From: Minisyncoccia bacterium
GTDB lineage: Bacteria > Patescibacteriota > Minisyncoccia > Phycocordibacterales > UBA918
DNA length: 56,836 bases
NCBI GenBank assembly: GCA_964229335.1
Contig: CAXRCZ010000013.1
Location: forward strand, 1-56,836
Direction: 5' to 3'
Below, in pieces: positions 1 to 10,225 of the stretch. The first letter of the stretch is position 1. Each line of letters begins with the position of its first letter. Under the pieces are notes generated by a model, which worked only from the letters and a program-made list of their open reading frames with translations, made no database searches and was not told where the DNA came from. Made by a program: the position numbers and the translations under genes.

Positions 1-411
1 GAGTGCGTCTAGTGCGTCATCAAGATAGTCGTACGCATCATTGATGTCATAGCCGTCATCGTCAGCGTCTTCAATCTCATCTTCAGCGTCGTAATATGCG
101 TCCCACGCGTCGTCGATTGCATCAGCTGCATCTTCGCGGTCACGATTTGAATAATGATCTCGATCATAGTCGTAATCATGCTCGTAACTCGCTAGAAGCG
201 CTTGTAGGTAGCTTACCAAGTACAGCAAGCATTCACGGTCAGCGCTAGAAACGTAACCACTACTCGCCATAGATACATTACACATCAACGTTTGTGGTTG
301 ATATCCATAGGTTTGAGCGTTAGCGGTGTTGGTAGGTAGGAAAGAAAAACCTAGCACTACAAACGCCACTAGCAAACCGCTTACTTTTTTATGCGATAGC
401 ATATTTGTCAT
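1..411 (-). CDS. Secreted acidic (Asp/Tyr/Ala-rich) hypothetical protein, runs off the window edge
   Basis: Own translation from ATG at 411: MTNMLSHKKVSGLLVAFVVLGFSFLPTNTANAQ (signal peptide ending ANA), later DAADAIDDAWDAYYDAEDEIEDADDDGYD; open to position 1; not in ORF track. Confidence 0.8.
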   Translation of the reverse strand, partial: MTNMLSHKKVSGLLVAFVVLGFSFLPTNTANAQTYGYQPQTLMCNVSMASSGYVSSADRECLLYLVSYLQALLASYEHDYDYDRDHYSNRDREDAADAIDDAWDAYYDAEDEIEDADDDGYDINDAYDYLDDALDAL

Positions 412-520
412 AATTGTTTTTAATTATTAAATAAATAAGTTGACTCTAATCTGTTTTGTACCCTACCATTTTTTATTGATTTGTAAAGCTATTTTGCGGC
501 TATCTATCACGCGCAGTATT

Positions 521-557
521 GAAAATAAAAATCCGGACATGCCGGATTTTTATTTTC
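521..557 (-). terminator. Intrinsic terminator after rplB
   Basis: gaaaataaaaatccgg-acatg-ccggatttttattttc inverted repeat 8 nt past the rplB stop. Confidence 0.8.
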
Positions 558-565
558 TAAACTTG

Positions 566-1426
566 CTACTTGCGACTTCGCATCAATTTACCTGGCTTAC
601 GTCGAGAAACAATCATGCTGTTTGAGTATTTCTTTGGTGAGCGACTCTTTTGTCCCTTACCAGTTGGGCGACCTTGCTTGGTACGTTGTCGTCGGTGACC
701 ACGAGGTGACTTTCCTTCACCACCACCATGTGGGTGGTCTACGGCGTTGCGAGCAGCACCACGAGTTTTCGGTCGAAGACCCATGTGCCGTGCGCGTCCG
801 GCCTTACCAATGTCTACCAATCGGTGTTCTTCGTTAGAAACTTCGCCGATAGTAGCCCACGCCTTGTTTGAAACCTTGCGGATTTCGGTTGAAGGCATTT
901 TGAGAGTGGTGTGACGTGCATCTTGAGCCACTACTTCAATGTGGTTACCAGCTGAACGAGCTAACTTGGCACCCGCACCTGGTCGGACTTCGACGTTGTA
1001 GACGAAGGTACCGACTGGGATAGCTGAGAGTGGTAGCTTGTTACCAATCTTTACCTTGGCTGTTTCGGAAGCCACGATTTGATCGCCTACCGCTAGCTTT
1101 TGTGGCGCTAGGATGTAGCGACGTTCACCGTCCTTGTAGCATACAAGGGCAATGAAGCCTGAGCGGTATGGATCGTATTCAATCGTTTCTACCACTGCTG
1201 GTACTTCGAGCTTGTTGTACTTGAAGTCGATTTGGCGATAGGTGCGCTTGTTACCAGCTCCACGGTAGTGGGTGGTAATGCGGCCTTGGCTGTTGCGACC
1301 ACCAGTTGAGCGTCCACCTTTAGTCAGAGACTTGTGTGGGTTGCTTTTGGTAGTGCTTAGCTTTTTCTTGTATTCAATCACTGAGCCGTCACGACGACCC
1401 GGTGAGGTTGGTTTGTATTTCTTCAT
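566..1426 (-). CDS. rplB: 50S ribosomal protein L2
   Basis: YKPTSPGRR, GRNSQGRIT, IEYDPYRS, ARNAVDHPHGGGEG motifs. Confidence 0.99.
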   Translation of the reverse strand: MKKYKPTSPGRRDGSVIEYKKKLSTTKSNPHKSLTKGGRSTGGRNSQGRITTHYRGAGNKRTYRQIDFKYNKLEVPAVVETIEYDPYRSGFIALVCYKDGERRYILAPQKLAVGDQIVASETAKVKIGNKLPLSAIPVGTFVYNVEVRPGAGAKLARSAGNHIEVVAQDARHTTLKMPSTEIRKVSNKAWATIGEVSNEEHRLVDIGKAGRARHMGLRPKTRGAARNAVDHPHGGGEGKSPRGHRRQRTKQGRPTGKGQKSRSPKKYSNSMIVSRRKPGKLMRSRK

Positions 1427-1499
1427 AATGTTTTGGTTAGAAACTAGTGAGTTAAACTCTTATCTTCCTAACTAGTAATGTATTCGTAATTTGGTTTCA

Positions 1500-1601
1500 A
1501 TTTAAGTGCAGTACGAGGCCGTAAGTCTTGAATTTTATGAGGTAGGCCTTGTAGCCTTTCGATTAAAATTCTAGTCTTACAAACGAAGTAATGTGCTAAA
1601 T
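1500..1601. repeat. Translation-gene 3' hairpin element, copy 1 (after rplW)
   Basis: Long imperfect hairpin with internal-loop motifs gtacgaggc / aaacgaagta related to four other copies. Confidence 0.55.
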
Positions 1602-1970
1602 TTACACCAAATTAATTGTGTCGCCTTTCTTAAGGTACACATACGCTTTCTTCATCCCTGGGACGTGTTTCATCCGTCCGCGACTACCGACAAAGCGTTT
1701 ATCAGGTTTTTTGTTGACGATGTTTACCTTCACCGGCGTCACCTTGTAGAGAGCTTTGACTGCATCACGTACCTGATACTTGTTGGCATCTTTGCGAACT
1801 GTAAATGTATACACATTGTGTTCACCTTGAACCACGCTTTTTTCAGATAGTCTCGGGCGAACGAGCACATCTTCAAGAGTGTGGTTAGTAGCCAATGCTG
1901 GTGCGCTTTTGGCAGTCTTTTTAGCACTCTGCTTCTTTTCTGAATCTGTCTTTTTTCCAAAGAGAGCCAT
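1602..1970 (-). CDS. rplW: 50S ribosomal protein L23 with basic N-terminal extension
   Basis: RPRLSEKS, YTFTV, ANKYQVRDAV, KKAYVYL; position between rplD and rplB. Confidence 0.97.
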   Translation of the reverse strand: MALFGKKTDSEKKQSAKKTAKSAPALATNHTLEDVLVRPRLSEKSVVQGEHNVYTFTVRKDANKYQVRDAVKALYKVTPVKVNIVNKKPDKRFVGSRGRMKHVPGMKKAYVYLKKGDTINLV

Positions 1971-1971
1971 A

Positions 1972-2652
1972 CTAATTTGACTTAGAGATAGTAGCCACTC
2001 GCTTTTCGATCACTTCGAGTGAGCTAGTCGGATCAGCTACTATCACATACTTGTAAGTAAGGAGTTCAACCGGGTTGACGTCCTTGGCTTGTACAACTTC
2101 GATATTGCCAAAGTTGCGAAAGCTTTTTTCGGTACTAAGATTACGCTCTGGCAAAATTACCAGCGCGCTGTTTTTTCGCTTGGTAGCCATCTCAACATTA
2201 CCTGAACCATTAGCTAGGGCAGCGAAGATAGTTTTTGCTTCGGCAGTTTTTGGTGCTTCAAGTGCCAGACTGTCTACGAATACTAGTTCGTTGTCTGCTA
2301 GCTTCTTGGATAGGACGCTGGCTAGCGCCTTGGCTCGTGCCTTCTTGTTGATTTTGACTGAGTAGTCTCGTTCATTTCGTGGTCCGAAAGTAACTCCACC
2401 ACCAGTCCAGATTGGTGAACGGCGAGAACCGTGTCTAGCTCGACCAGTTCCCTTTTGACGCCATGGTTTTTTACCACCACCACGTACTTCACTACGGTCT
2501 TTGGTGTGTGCAGTGTTGGCGCGCGCATTGCTTTGCATACCAACCACCACTTCATGTACTAGGTCTGGATTCCAAGCAACTCCAAACACGCTTTCTGGCA
2601 AGGTTACCTTGCCGCTTTCTTTTCCTTCTTTTGAGAATAGTTTTGCGTTCAT
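1972..2652 (-). CDS. rplD: 50S ribosomal protein L4
   Basis: TKDRSEVRGGGKKPWRQKGTGRARHGS, GGGVTFGP. Confidence 0.99.
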   Translation of the reverse strand: MNAKLFSKEGKESGKVTLPESVFGVAWNPDLVHEVVVGMQSNARANTAHTKDRSEVRGGGKKPWRQKGTGRARHGSRRSPIWTGGGVTFGPRNERDYSVKINKKARAKALASVLSKKLADNELVFVDSLALEAPKTAEAKTIFAALANGSGNVEMATKRKNSALVILPERNLSTEKSFRNFGNIEVVQAKDVNPVELLTYKYVIVADPTSSLEVIEKRVATISKSN

Positions 2653-2666
2653 ATTGTTTTTGTTAC

Positions 2667-3278
2667 TTATGATCCGTAGACCTCTACTACTGTTCCTTTT
2701 CGACCTGGTACTGCACCTGAAACCAACAAAAGATTTTCGTCTTTGTTGACTTGCAGGACTTTTAGATTCTTCACGCTTACTGTCTCTCCACCCATACGTC
2801 CAGCCATGCGAGTACCTTTGAGTACTCGAGCATTACCAGTAGCACCAATAGAACCTGGCTCGCGTTCAGAGTGTTTTTGACCATGAGAGCGGCGACCGCC
2901 TTTGAAACCATGTCGCTTTACTACTCCCTGGAATCCTTTTCCTTTAGAAGTAGCTGATACGGTAATGGTGTCTCCAGGCTCAAATGCCGACACGTCTACA
3001 GTCGCTCCTTTTTCGAGGGTGATAGTATCACCTTCTTTCGCTCGTACTTCGCGAGCGATAGCTATAGCTCCACCAAAGTGCCCTTTTTGCGCTTTGGCTA
3101 CGCGGTGGTCTTTTTGGGTTCCACCAGCAAATTGCACGGCTTCGTAACCGTCTTGTTCAGCAGTTTTTACCTGTGAGACAGTTAGCGGTGTTGCTTTGAG
3201 CACAGTGGCTGCAACACATACTCCGTCTTCGGTGAAGACTTGTGTCATTCCGGTTTTGGTTCCTAAAATAAACTTCAT
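2667..3278 (-). CDS. rplC: 50S ribosomal protein L3 (start reassigned to MKFILGTK)
   Basis: ILGTKTGMTQVF, SKGKGFQGVVKRH, MAGRMG, GAVPG. Confidence 0.99.
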   Translation of the reverse strand: MKFILGTKTGMTQVFTEDGVCVAATVLKATPLTVSQVKTAEQDGYEAVQFAGGTQKDHRVAKAQKGHFGGAIAIAREVRAKEGDTITLEKGATVDVSAFEPGDTITVSATSKGKGFQGVVKRHGFKGGRRSHGQKHSEREPGSIGATGNARVLKGTRMAGRMGGETVSVKNLKVLQVNKDENLLLVSGAVPGRKGTVVEVYGS

Positions 3279-3312
3279 TTCTTTGAACCTAATTGATAAT
3301 ACGCTTTCAATC

Positions 3313-3431
3313 AGACCCATAATCGACAAACCGCGCTGGTAGCGCAAGCGCCCCAGGAGCACTTCCAATGCTTTCAGCAAAGGGGTGCACAGGCACTAAC
3401 GCTACAACAGCGCGGTTTGTGCCCATTGGTC
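3313..3431. ncRNA. Long GC-rich rod-like hairpin in the rplC 5' leader (candidate r-leader or small RNA)
   Basis: 13-bp perfect pairing 3326-3338/3408-3420, plus 3339-3344/3400-3405 and 3348-3354/3382-3388. Confidence 0.55.
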
Positions 3432-3474
3432 TTTCTGCAGAGCAGAAGTACGTAGGTCTTTAAAAGCTGTGCGT

Positions 3475-3502
3475 AGTATACAAATATTTTTATTAATTGC
3501 AA
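3475..3502 (-). promoter_or_regulatory. Sigma70-type promoter for rplC-rplD-rplW-rplB
   Basis: TTGCAA-16 bp-TATACT on the minus strand. Confidence 0.65.
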
Positions 3503-4411
3503 CTACTCTAATGACGTAAGGTACTTGGAGTGACTATCAGCAAATAGTTTTGCGTATTCTGCTTGAATTTTCTCCGTGATTGAATCTTTTTCGGGACAAT
3601 GTATCTTTCTCGCGTCAATTTCGACAATTGGGGTGATGTAAGCTGAGGTGCCACAGGCGAATACTTCATCAGCTACATATAGTTCGGTTAAATCTATAGC
3701 TCGCTCTTTTGTTTCTATACCTAGTTCTGTGGCTATTTCTAAGATAGTTTTCCGATTAATTCCTTCGAGAATATCGCTCGCTTCGTGAGGTGTAGACAAT
3801 ACTCCGTCACGGACTATGAATATATTGGCGGCACTTAGTTCGCATACGTGCCCATCCACATCTAAAAAGAGGCAGTCATCATAGCCGCTGTCGAGCGCAT
3901 CTTGTTTGCCGAGCACTGAGTTAACATACGCTCCATTAACTTTTGCTCTCGAAGGAATGGCATAATCAGGAATTCTCCGCCAGACACTAGTTTTTATCCG
4001 GGCAGTCTCAGGCAGGATTGAGGCAGCTTCGTAGATAAAAAGACTAACTGAAGTATGTAGACCTCGGGAGCGAGTACCAGGAACCAATTCATCTACATGC
4101 ACACTAGCTCGTACGAACACAGTTTCACTTACGTCATTTGCAGCTATTAGCTCATTTACCGCTTTCTTGAACCGAACAAAACTCCATTCTTCAGCAAAAG
4201 TGTTGATACCGATTATCTTGGCTGAGCGCAGTAGTCTATTGAAGTGATCTTCAATTCTAAATACCATTGGCTTTCCTTCAATAAACACAACAGGAAACAC
4301 TGTATACACACTCAAGCCGTACAGCACTGCTGAACTGGCGACGCTTACGTTAGCCTGTTCTATCGGGACAATATTTTCACCAAAAAAAGCGTTTTTATAT
4401 ACCTTTGCCAT
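3503..4411 (-). CDS. ilvE: Class IV PLP aminotransferase (branched-chain aminotransferase-like)
   Basis: VLYGLSVY, FRIEDHFNRL, AKVNGAYVNS (PLP lysine), ELSAANIF, ILEGINR, ADEVFACGT. Confidence 0.85.
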   Translation of the reverse strand: MAKVYKNAFFGENIVPIEQANVSVASSAVLYGLSVYTVFPVVFIEGKPMVFRIEDHFNRLLRSAKIIGINTFAEEWSFVRFKKAVNELIAANDVSETVFVRASVHVDELVPGTRSRGLHTSVSLFIYEAASILPETARIKTSVWRRIPDYAIPSRAKVNGAYVNSVLGKQDALDSGYDDCLFLDVDGHVCELSAANIFIVRDGVLSTPHEASDILEGINRKTILEIATELGIETKERAIDLTELYVADEVFACGTSAYITPIVEIDARKIHCPEKDSITEKIQAEYAKLFADSHSKYLTSLE

Positions 4412-4519
4412 CTAAATATTATACATACACATAACAGTCTCTGTATAGGATTGATTTGATTTTTTGGTGAAATATGGTTTTATTCAACAAGCTTTAACCC
4501 CAACAAACGAGGTGAGAAG

Positions 4520-5068
4520 ATGACAGTTCTTTCAAACAACAAGCGTCGGCTGGTTTTCGGCTGGTTTTCCTGGAGCAATATCCAGTTCCAGTGGACGGTG
4601 GTCGGCATCGTTGGCGGTCTTCTGATCGCTGGTCTGGCGCTATGGTTTCAGACCTTTTCCTGGTCAAATGGTGCTTTTGCAGTTGCTATAACAATAATCG
4701 GTACAATTTTCGCTGCTCAGTTTTTGTGGGCAGCGTTATGGTTTGATTTCTACACACGCAATCCCGAACGTCGTTCATTTTTTGTGAAAAGATGGGAGAG
4801 ATTGAAATGGCTCTACTGGGAATATTATACCTATGGAGAAGTTACCCACTTCAAAGGCACAGCAGTTATCGAGCGGAGGCGTCCAGATGGACTTTATGCT
4901 ATCTACCGTTTTGACGGTGTCGCAGTCGCTCTGAGGCGAGATACTGGAGAGACCAACGTACCAGCTTGGTGGCCTAAAGGAGAAGATATCGTTGCTCCGG
5001 AAGTCGATCCTCATCGAGTAAGAGACTTGTCACGTATAGCATTACATCGCACCGACCTGTATGGTTAG
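4520..5068 (+). CDS. Orphan membrane protein (two hydrophobic helices)
   Basis: 182 aa ORF, SD gaggtg before ATG, two hydrophobic segments. Confidence 0.75.
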   Translation: MTVLSNNKRRLVFGWFSWSNIQFQWTVVGIVGGLLIAGLALWFQTFSWSNGAFAVAITIIGTIFAAQFLWAALWFDFYTRNPERRSFFVKRWERLKWLYWEYYTYGEVTHFKGTAVIERRRPDGLYAIYRFDGVAVALRRDTGETNVPAWWPKGEDIVAPEVDPHRVRDLSRIALHRTDLYG

Positions 5069-5142
5069 TTGTTATTGATTTATTGGTTGCAACATACCAA
5101 TCAGTGTGTTTTAGTGTAATCCCACTCAGGAGGAGAGAAAAT

Positions 5143-5295
5143 ATGAGTGTAGCTCTTTTTACCAAACCATTGCGTTTGCGTGACGAAGAAGATGAATACG
5201 TGGAGCAGATGCGAAAGCAGTTTGCTCAGCGTCCGCGCATCTGCGTGCCCGGCGCGGGTAACGTGAAGTATCCCAACGCCTTCAGCGCGTGCTGA
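5143..5295 (+). CDS. Orphan 50-aa protein
   Basis: SD aggagg upstream of ATG 5143; gccggc hairpin plus T-tract at about 5318-5350. Confidence 0.65.
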   Translation: MSVALFTKPLRLRDEEDEYVEQMRKQFAQRPRICVPGAGNVKYPNAFSAC

Positions 5296-5387
5296 TTCTT
5301 TAACACGGGATAACAAAGGCCGGCTGCCTATACAGGCGCCGGCTTTTTCTTTTTCTGATAAAATACCAGTAGAAAGAGAGGTGGGAT

Positions 5388-5675
5388 ATGCCTACTTGGG
5401 TCATGGTTATTTTTTCGATTGTCGGCGCCGTAGCTATACTGTGGTTTCTCTACCGCATCCTTCAGTACATTAGCTACTGCAAAGCTATCGGTGTCTGCAA
5501 GAAGCAGTCAGGGTTGGCTGTGGTCCAAAACCCGGATACACGTTTGTGGGAAGCCACCAGACCACCTGATAAGTTTGACGACCGATACAGACGACCTGGT
5601 ATACTAGCTTCAGTTGCTGGTGCCGATGGTTCTTACGTTATCGAAACGTACAGAATCAACTCCGCCGTTTTCTGA
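5388..5675 (+). CDS. Orphan protein with N-terminal TM helix
   Basis: SD gaggtg; hydrophobic N-terminus; terminator gcggcctcgga...tccgaggccgc at 5683-5710. Confidence 0.75.
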   Translation: MPTWVMVIFSIVGAVAILWFLYRILQYISYCKAIGVCKKQSGLAVVQNPDTRLWEATRPPDKFDDRYRRPGILASVAGADGSYVIETYRINSAVF

Positions 5676-5755
5676 ACAACTTGCGGCCTCGGATTTGTTT
5701 CCGAGGCCGCTTTCTGTATGTATATATTTAATTATATAATTCTTTTTATAATTCA

Positions 5756-5794
5756 GCCAAACAAAAATCCCCCGTTGGGGGATTTTTGTTTGGC
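5756..5794 (-). terminator. Intrinsic terminator ending the tuf-rpsJ transcript
   Basis: gccaaacaaaaatccccc-gtt-gggggatttttgtttggc, 18-bp perfect stem. Confidence 0.8.
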
Positions 5795-5801
5795 AACTTT
5801 C

Positions 5802-5925
5802 GTCGTTGCCAAAATGAGATGAAGTGCACGACGCACCAGAAGTTGAGCGCGAGCCGTACTTATTGGTACGGTGAGCGCTTGACTTCGCCAGTGCAACAAA
5901 GCAATTCGCTCATTTTGGTGACGAC
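5802..5925. repeat. Translation-gene 3' hairpin element, copy 2 (after rpsJ)
   Basis: gtcgttgccaaaatgag...ctcattttggtgacgac closing stem; tgcacgacg / caacaaagca loop; apical ccgtac...gtacgg. Confidence 0.75.
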
Positions 5926-5926
5926 A

Positions 5927-6277
5927 CTACATCATCTTTACATCGATGTTCACACCAGACGGCAGTGAGAGGTTCGTGAGAGCCTCTACTACTTTCGGGC
6001 TCGGATTCATGATGTCGATTACACGTTTGTGAGTTCGCATCTCGAATTGTTCTCGCGCGTCCTTATGCACGAAAGTCGAACGATTGACTGTATACTTCTT
6101 GATTTCAGTCGGAAGTGGAATTGGTCCTACTACATTCGCATCAAAGCGTTGTGCAGTGTCCATGATTTGCTTCACCGAGGCATCGAGGATTTTGTGCTCG
6201 TAGGCACGCACTCGAATACGAAGCTTGTTGATCGCTCCTGGTGCTTTTGCGTCTGTTTTTTTTGTTTCTGTTGCCAT
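5927..6277 (-). CDS. rpsJ: 30S ribosomal protein S10
   Basis: LRIRVRAYEHKILD, GPIPLPT, REQFEMRTHKRVIDI. Confidence 0.99.
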   Translation of the reverse strand: MATETKKTDAKAPGAINKLRIRVRAYEHKILDASVKQIMDTAQRFDANVVGPIPLPTEIKKYTVNRSTFVHKDAREQFEMRTHKRVIDIMNPSPKVVEALTNLSLPSGVNIDVKMM

Positions 6278-6329
6278 TTTGTTAAGTTACTTTTTCGAAT
6301 TGGGCAGCCAGCTCCTAAGGGTGCTGAGG

Positions 6330-6424
6330 TTGCCCGAAATGCGAGGCGAAGTGAGGTTTTGGAAGAAGCGGTAGATGACTACCGTGCCGACAAAATCGAA
6401 GCTTCAACGACGCAGATTGGGTAA
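6330..6424. repeat. Translation-gene 3' hairpin element, copy 3 (after tuf)
   Basis: ttgcccga...ttgggtaa closing stem; tgcgaggcg / caacgacgca loop; apical cggtag...ctaccg. Confidence 0.7.
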
Positions 6425-6436
6425 GTATCAGCGCGC

Positions 6437-7627
6437 TTAGGCGATGATTTTGGTTACTACACCAGCCCCAACAGTCTTACCACCTTCACGAATAGCAAAG
6501 TTTTGCTGTTCTTCAAGGGCAACTGGAGCTACCAACTTCACTTTGAAAGTTGCAGTGTCACCAGGCATTACCATTTCTGTACCTTCAGCGAGGGTCACAT
6601 CACCGGTAACGTCAGTAGTTCGGATGTAGAACTGTGGCTTGTAACCTGAGAAGAATGGAGTGTGTCGTCCACCTTCGTCTTTAGATAGTACGTATACTTC
6701 AGCTTCGAATTCTGAGTGTGGAGTTACTGAGCCTTTTTTGGCTAGTACTTGACCACGGTGTACGTCTTCTTTCTTGGTACCGCGAAGAAGGATACCAGCG
6801 TTGTCTCCAGCTTGCGCTTGGTCAAGCTGCTTGTTGAACATTTCTACTCCGGTAACGGTAGTAGTAGTGGTGTCTTTGATACCAACGATTTCTACTTCTT
6901 CACCTACCTTAACGCTTCCTCGTTCTACACGACCAGTTACTACTGTACCGCGTCCTTCAATTGAGAAGATGTCTTCGATTGGCATCAAGAACGGCTTGTC
7001 TAAATCACGTTCTGGAGTTGGGAAGTACTCATCCATTGCGTCAACGAGTTCGATGACTTTGGCTTGGTACTCAGCGTCTCCTTCGAGCGCTTTAAGACCT
7101 GAACCTTTGATGATTGGTGCTTTTTCACCATCGTATCCGTTGGCGGTAAGCATCTCGCGAAGTTCTTCTTCAACGAGCATAAGCATTTCTTCATCATCCA
7201 CCATGTCACACTTGTTGAGGAACACGATGATTTGTGGAACTCCAACTTGCTTCGCAAGCAATACGTGCTCACGAGTTTGAGGCATAGCTCCGTCAGTAGC
7301 GGCTACTACAAGTACCGCGCCGTCCATCTGAGCAGCACCGGTAATCATGTTTTTGATGTAGTCGGCGTGACCAGGCGCATCAATGTGTGCGTAGTGACGA
7401 TTTGGAGTTTCGTACTCTGAGTGAGAAAGAGAGATAGTAATACCACGCGCCTTCTCTTCCGGCGCTTTGTCGATTTCACCTACGTCCTTGACGTTGGCAT
7501 CGTATCCTTCTCCTTTTGCTTTAAGAGAAGTGAGAATCGCCGCTGTAAGAGTAGTCTTACCATGGTCAACGTGACCAATGGTACCTACGTTGATGTGCGG
7601 CTTTGAGCGATCAAATGAATCTGCCAT
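6437..7627 (-). CDS. tuf: Elongation factor Tu (start reassigned to [11 protein letters not shown])
   Basis: [47 protein letters not shown]. Confidence 0.99.
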   Translation of the reverse strand: MADSFDRSKPHINVGTIGHVDHGKTTLTAAILTSLKAKGEGYDANVKDVGEIDKAPEEKARGITISLSHSEYETPNRHYAHIDAPGHADYIKNMITGAAQMDGAVLVVAATDGAMPQTREHVLLAKQVGVPQIIVFLNKCDMVDDEEMLMLVEEELREMLTANGYDGEKAPIIKGSGLKALEGDAEYQAKVIELVDAMDEYFPTPERDLDKPFLMPIEDIFSIEGRGTVVTGRVERGSVKVGEEVEIVGIKDTTTTTVTGVEMFNKQLDQAQAGDNAGILLRGTKKEDVHRGQVLAKKGSVTPHSEFEAEVYVLSKDEGGRHTPFFSGYKPQFYIRTTDVTGDVTLAEGTEMVMPGDTATFKVKLVAPVALEEQQNFAIREGGKTVGAGVVTKIIA

Positions 7628-7656
7628 GTAAATACTTAAGTTAATTATAAGATATA

Positions 7657-7821
7657 AACCGCACACATACGCTAAAAGCGGCGTGAGTGTGCACACACCG
7701 CGGCGCGAGAAAGTCGCGCGATGTCTGAACACTCAAGTGTGAAAGATCAAAGTATTGTCTCTCTACATACTCTAGGTATGTAGCGGTGCGGCTATGGTAG
7801 CAGAGAATGACTGTTTTGCAA
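7657..7821 (-). promoter_or_regulatory. tuf promoter and structured 5' leader
   Basis: TTGCAA(7816-7821)-16-TACCAT(7794-7799); leader closed by agccgcac/gtgcggtt with internal hairpins. Confidence 0.65.
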
Positions 7822-7829
7822 GTCCTATA

Positions 7830-7870
7830 GAAGAAGCCGGATGGGGCCCATGGCACCATCCGGCTTCTTC
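7830..7870 (-). terminator. Hairpin separating fusA from tuf
   Basis: gaagaagccggatgg...ccatccggcttcttc 15-bp stem. Confidence 0.7.
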
Positions 7871-7889
7871 GCTTGATTGTGCGTAATTG

Positions 7890-10055
7890 TTACGCTTCCG
7901 CTTTTACACCTCTCGCTTTTTTGATATCTTCAGCCACATTTGGTGGGACGATAGCGTAGTGATCGAATTCCATAGTCATGCTGGCGCGACCTTGGGTCAT
8001 CGAACGTAAGGTGTTGGTGTAGCCAAACATTTCTGATAGTGGAATCTTAGCATTTACAATGGTTTTACCACCAACTTCAGTGGTACTTTCCAGTTGTCCG
8101 CGCTTACTAGAGATATTTCCTTGAATATCACCCATGTATTCTTCCGGAGTACGGACTTCTACCTTCATCACTGGTTCTAGGATTACGGCGTTCGCTTTAG
8201 CCGCAGCATCCTTGAAGGCGTTGATACCAGCTAGTTTAAAGGCGATTTCACTCGAGTCGACATCGTGGTATGAACCATCGTATAGCTCGACAGAAACGTC
8301 TTCCATTTTGTATCCAGCGACGAACCCGCGAGTCATAGCTTCTTTACAACCCTTCATAACAGCTGGGATGTATTCTTGTGGAACAACTCCTCCCTTAATG
8401 CTGTTGATGAATTCGAAGTGATCTTCGCGAGTTACGTTCTTCGCTACTGTTTCATCTTCTCCTAATGGTTCAAGTGGCTTGATGCGAATCTTGACGTGAC
8501 CGTACTGACCACGACCACCAGATTGCTTGATGTATTTATGTTCTGCTTCAGCAGCTCCTTGAATGGTTTCTCGGTAGGCCACCTGTGGAGCACCGATGTC
8601 GGCTTCGACGCCAAACTCTCGCTTCATACGGTCAACAATAATATCGAGGTGAAGCTCACCCATACCGGCGATAATGGTCTCCAGAGTTTCTTCATCAGTT
8701 GAAACACGGAACGTTGGGTCTTCGTCAGACAGACGCTTAAGGGCGGTGCTCATTTTTTCTTGGTCGTTCTTGGTTTTTGGTTCTACGCGCACTGCTACCA
8801 CTGGTTCTGGGAAAGTAATTTGTTCGAGTACGATTGGGTCGCTTTCAGCACATAGAGTGTGCGAAGTCTTTACTTCTTTGATACCTACTGCGGCAGCAAT
8901 TTCTCCGGCGTATACTTCTTCAATTTCTGTTCGCTTATCAGCTTGAAGACGAACGATTCGTCCGATTCGTTCTTTGTTACCGGTTGAGGCATTAAGAATA
9001 TATGAACCAGCTTTCACTGTTCCTGAGTAGACTCGGAAGAAGGCGAGTTGTCCGACGAATTTGTCATCTTGTAGCTTGAAGGCCAGGGCACAGAACGGTT
9101 CTTCGTCAGTCGGTGCTCGTTCGAGAGTGGTTTCTTCGTCACGAGGATCGACTCCTTTAACTGGTGGCAATTCCGCTGGTGATGGGAGGTAGTCTACCAC
9201 CGCGTCGAGTACTAGTTGTACCCCGATGTTCTTGAGGGCTGTACCAGTCATGATTGGGAAGATTTCGTTGGCGATTACAGCCTTGCGAAGAGTTTTCTTG
9301 AGGTCTTCCTTACTTGGTTCTTCCCCTCCTAGGTATGCTTCCATGAGCGCGTCATCATGCTCAACTACTTTTTCAATTAGTTCGCCACGCCATTTTTCGG
9401 CGTCAGCTTGCATGTTTTCTGGAATTTCCTCTTCGGTCACGTCCATTCCCATAGTTCCACCAAAGCGATAGGCTTTCATGGTGATGAGGTCTACGACTCC
9501 GTCCATGCTGTCCTCAGCACCGATTGGTAGTTGGATACGAACCGCTTTTGGTGACAATCGGTCGTGAATAGACTTTACTGAAGCATCGAAATCCGCACCA
9601 AGTTTGTCCATTTTGTTGATGAAACAAATTCGCGGCACGTTGGCTTCGTCAGCGTAGCCCCAGTTGGTTTCAGTTTGTGGTTCTACTCCGGCAGCACCAT
9701 CAAATACTACTACTGCACCGTCGAGTACACGCATCGACCGCTTTACTTCAGCGGTAAAGTCGATGTGTCCAGGAGTATCGATGATGTTAAAGCTGAACAT
9801 CTTATCCTTGTTAGTTCGATCTTCTTCCATGGTCTTAGACCAACTACAAGAAATCGCAGCAGCGGTAATGGTGATACCGCGCTCACGTTCTTGTTCCATC
9901 CAGTCAGTGACAGTAGCACCATCGTGTACTTCACCAATCTTGTGACTCATTCCGGTATAGAAAAGCACTCGTTCAGACGTAGTAGTTTTACCTGCGTCAA
10001 CGTGCGCTACGATACCGAAGTTTCGAAGTTTATTGAGGGGAAATTCTCGGGCCAT
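7890..10055 (-). CDS. fusA: Elongation factor G
   Basis: [45 protein letters not shown]. Confidence 0.99.
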   Translation of the reverse strand: MAREFPLNKLRNFGIVAHVDAGKTTTSERVLFYTGMSHKIGEVHDGATVTDWMEQERERGITITAAAISCSWSKTMEEDRTNKDKMFSFNIIDTPGHIDFTAEVKRSMRVLDGAVVVFDGAAGVEPQTETNWGYADEANVPRICFINKMDKLGADFDASVKSIHDRLSPKAVRIQLPIGAEDSMDGVVDLITMKAYRFGGTMGMDVTEEEIPENMQADAEKWRGELIEKVVEHDDALMEAYLGGEEPSKEDLKKTLRKAVIANEIFPIMTGTALKNIGVQLVLDAVVDYLPSPAELPPVKGVDPRDEETTLERAPTDEEPFCALAFKLQDDKFVGQLAFFRVYSGTVKAGSYILNASTGNKERIGRIVRLQADKRTEIEEVYAGEIAAAVGIKEVKTSHTLCAESDPIVLEQITFPEPVVAVRVEPKTKNDQEKMSTALKRLSDEDPTFRVSTDEETLETIIAGMGELHLDIIVDRMKREFGVEADIGAPQVAYRETIQGAAEAEHKYIKQSGGRGQYGHVKIRIKPLEPLGEDETVAKNVTREDHFEFINSIKGGVVPQEYIPAVMKGCKEAMTRGFVAGYKMEDVSVELYDGSYHDVDSSEIAFKLAGINAFKDAAAKANAVILEPVMKVEVRTPEEYMGDIQGNISSKRGQLESTTEVGGKTIVNAKIPLSEMFGYTNTLRSMTQGRASMTMEFDHYAIVPPNVAEDIKKARGVKAEA

Positions 10056-10225
10056 AAATAATAGTAAATACTTATATATGTGTGATTATTAAATATACCT
10101 CCCTGATGCGTTCACACAGACCGCATTAGAAAATAGGCCGTTGCGGCCAGACGGCGATACTATACTGTATCTTCACTAAAACAGCAATAAGTGTTATTTT
10201 TTTATTTAGAAGAAGGAGACTCTTG

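Noticed and set aside
3345-3390. SRP (4.5S) RNA, suggested by CAGG...CAGC in a long hairpin
   Set aside because: No GNRA tetraloop and no AGCAG strand of the helix-8 symmetric loop; kept only as an unnamed structured leader.
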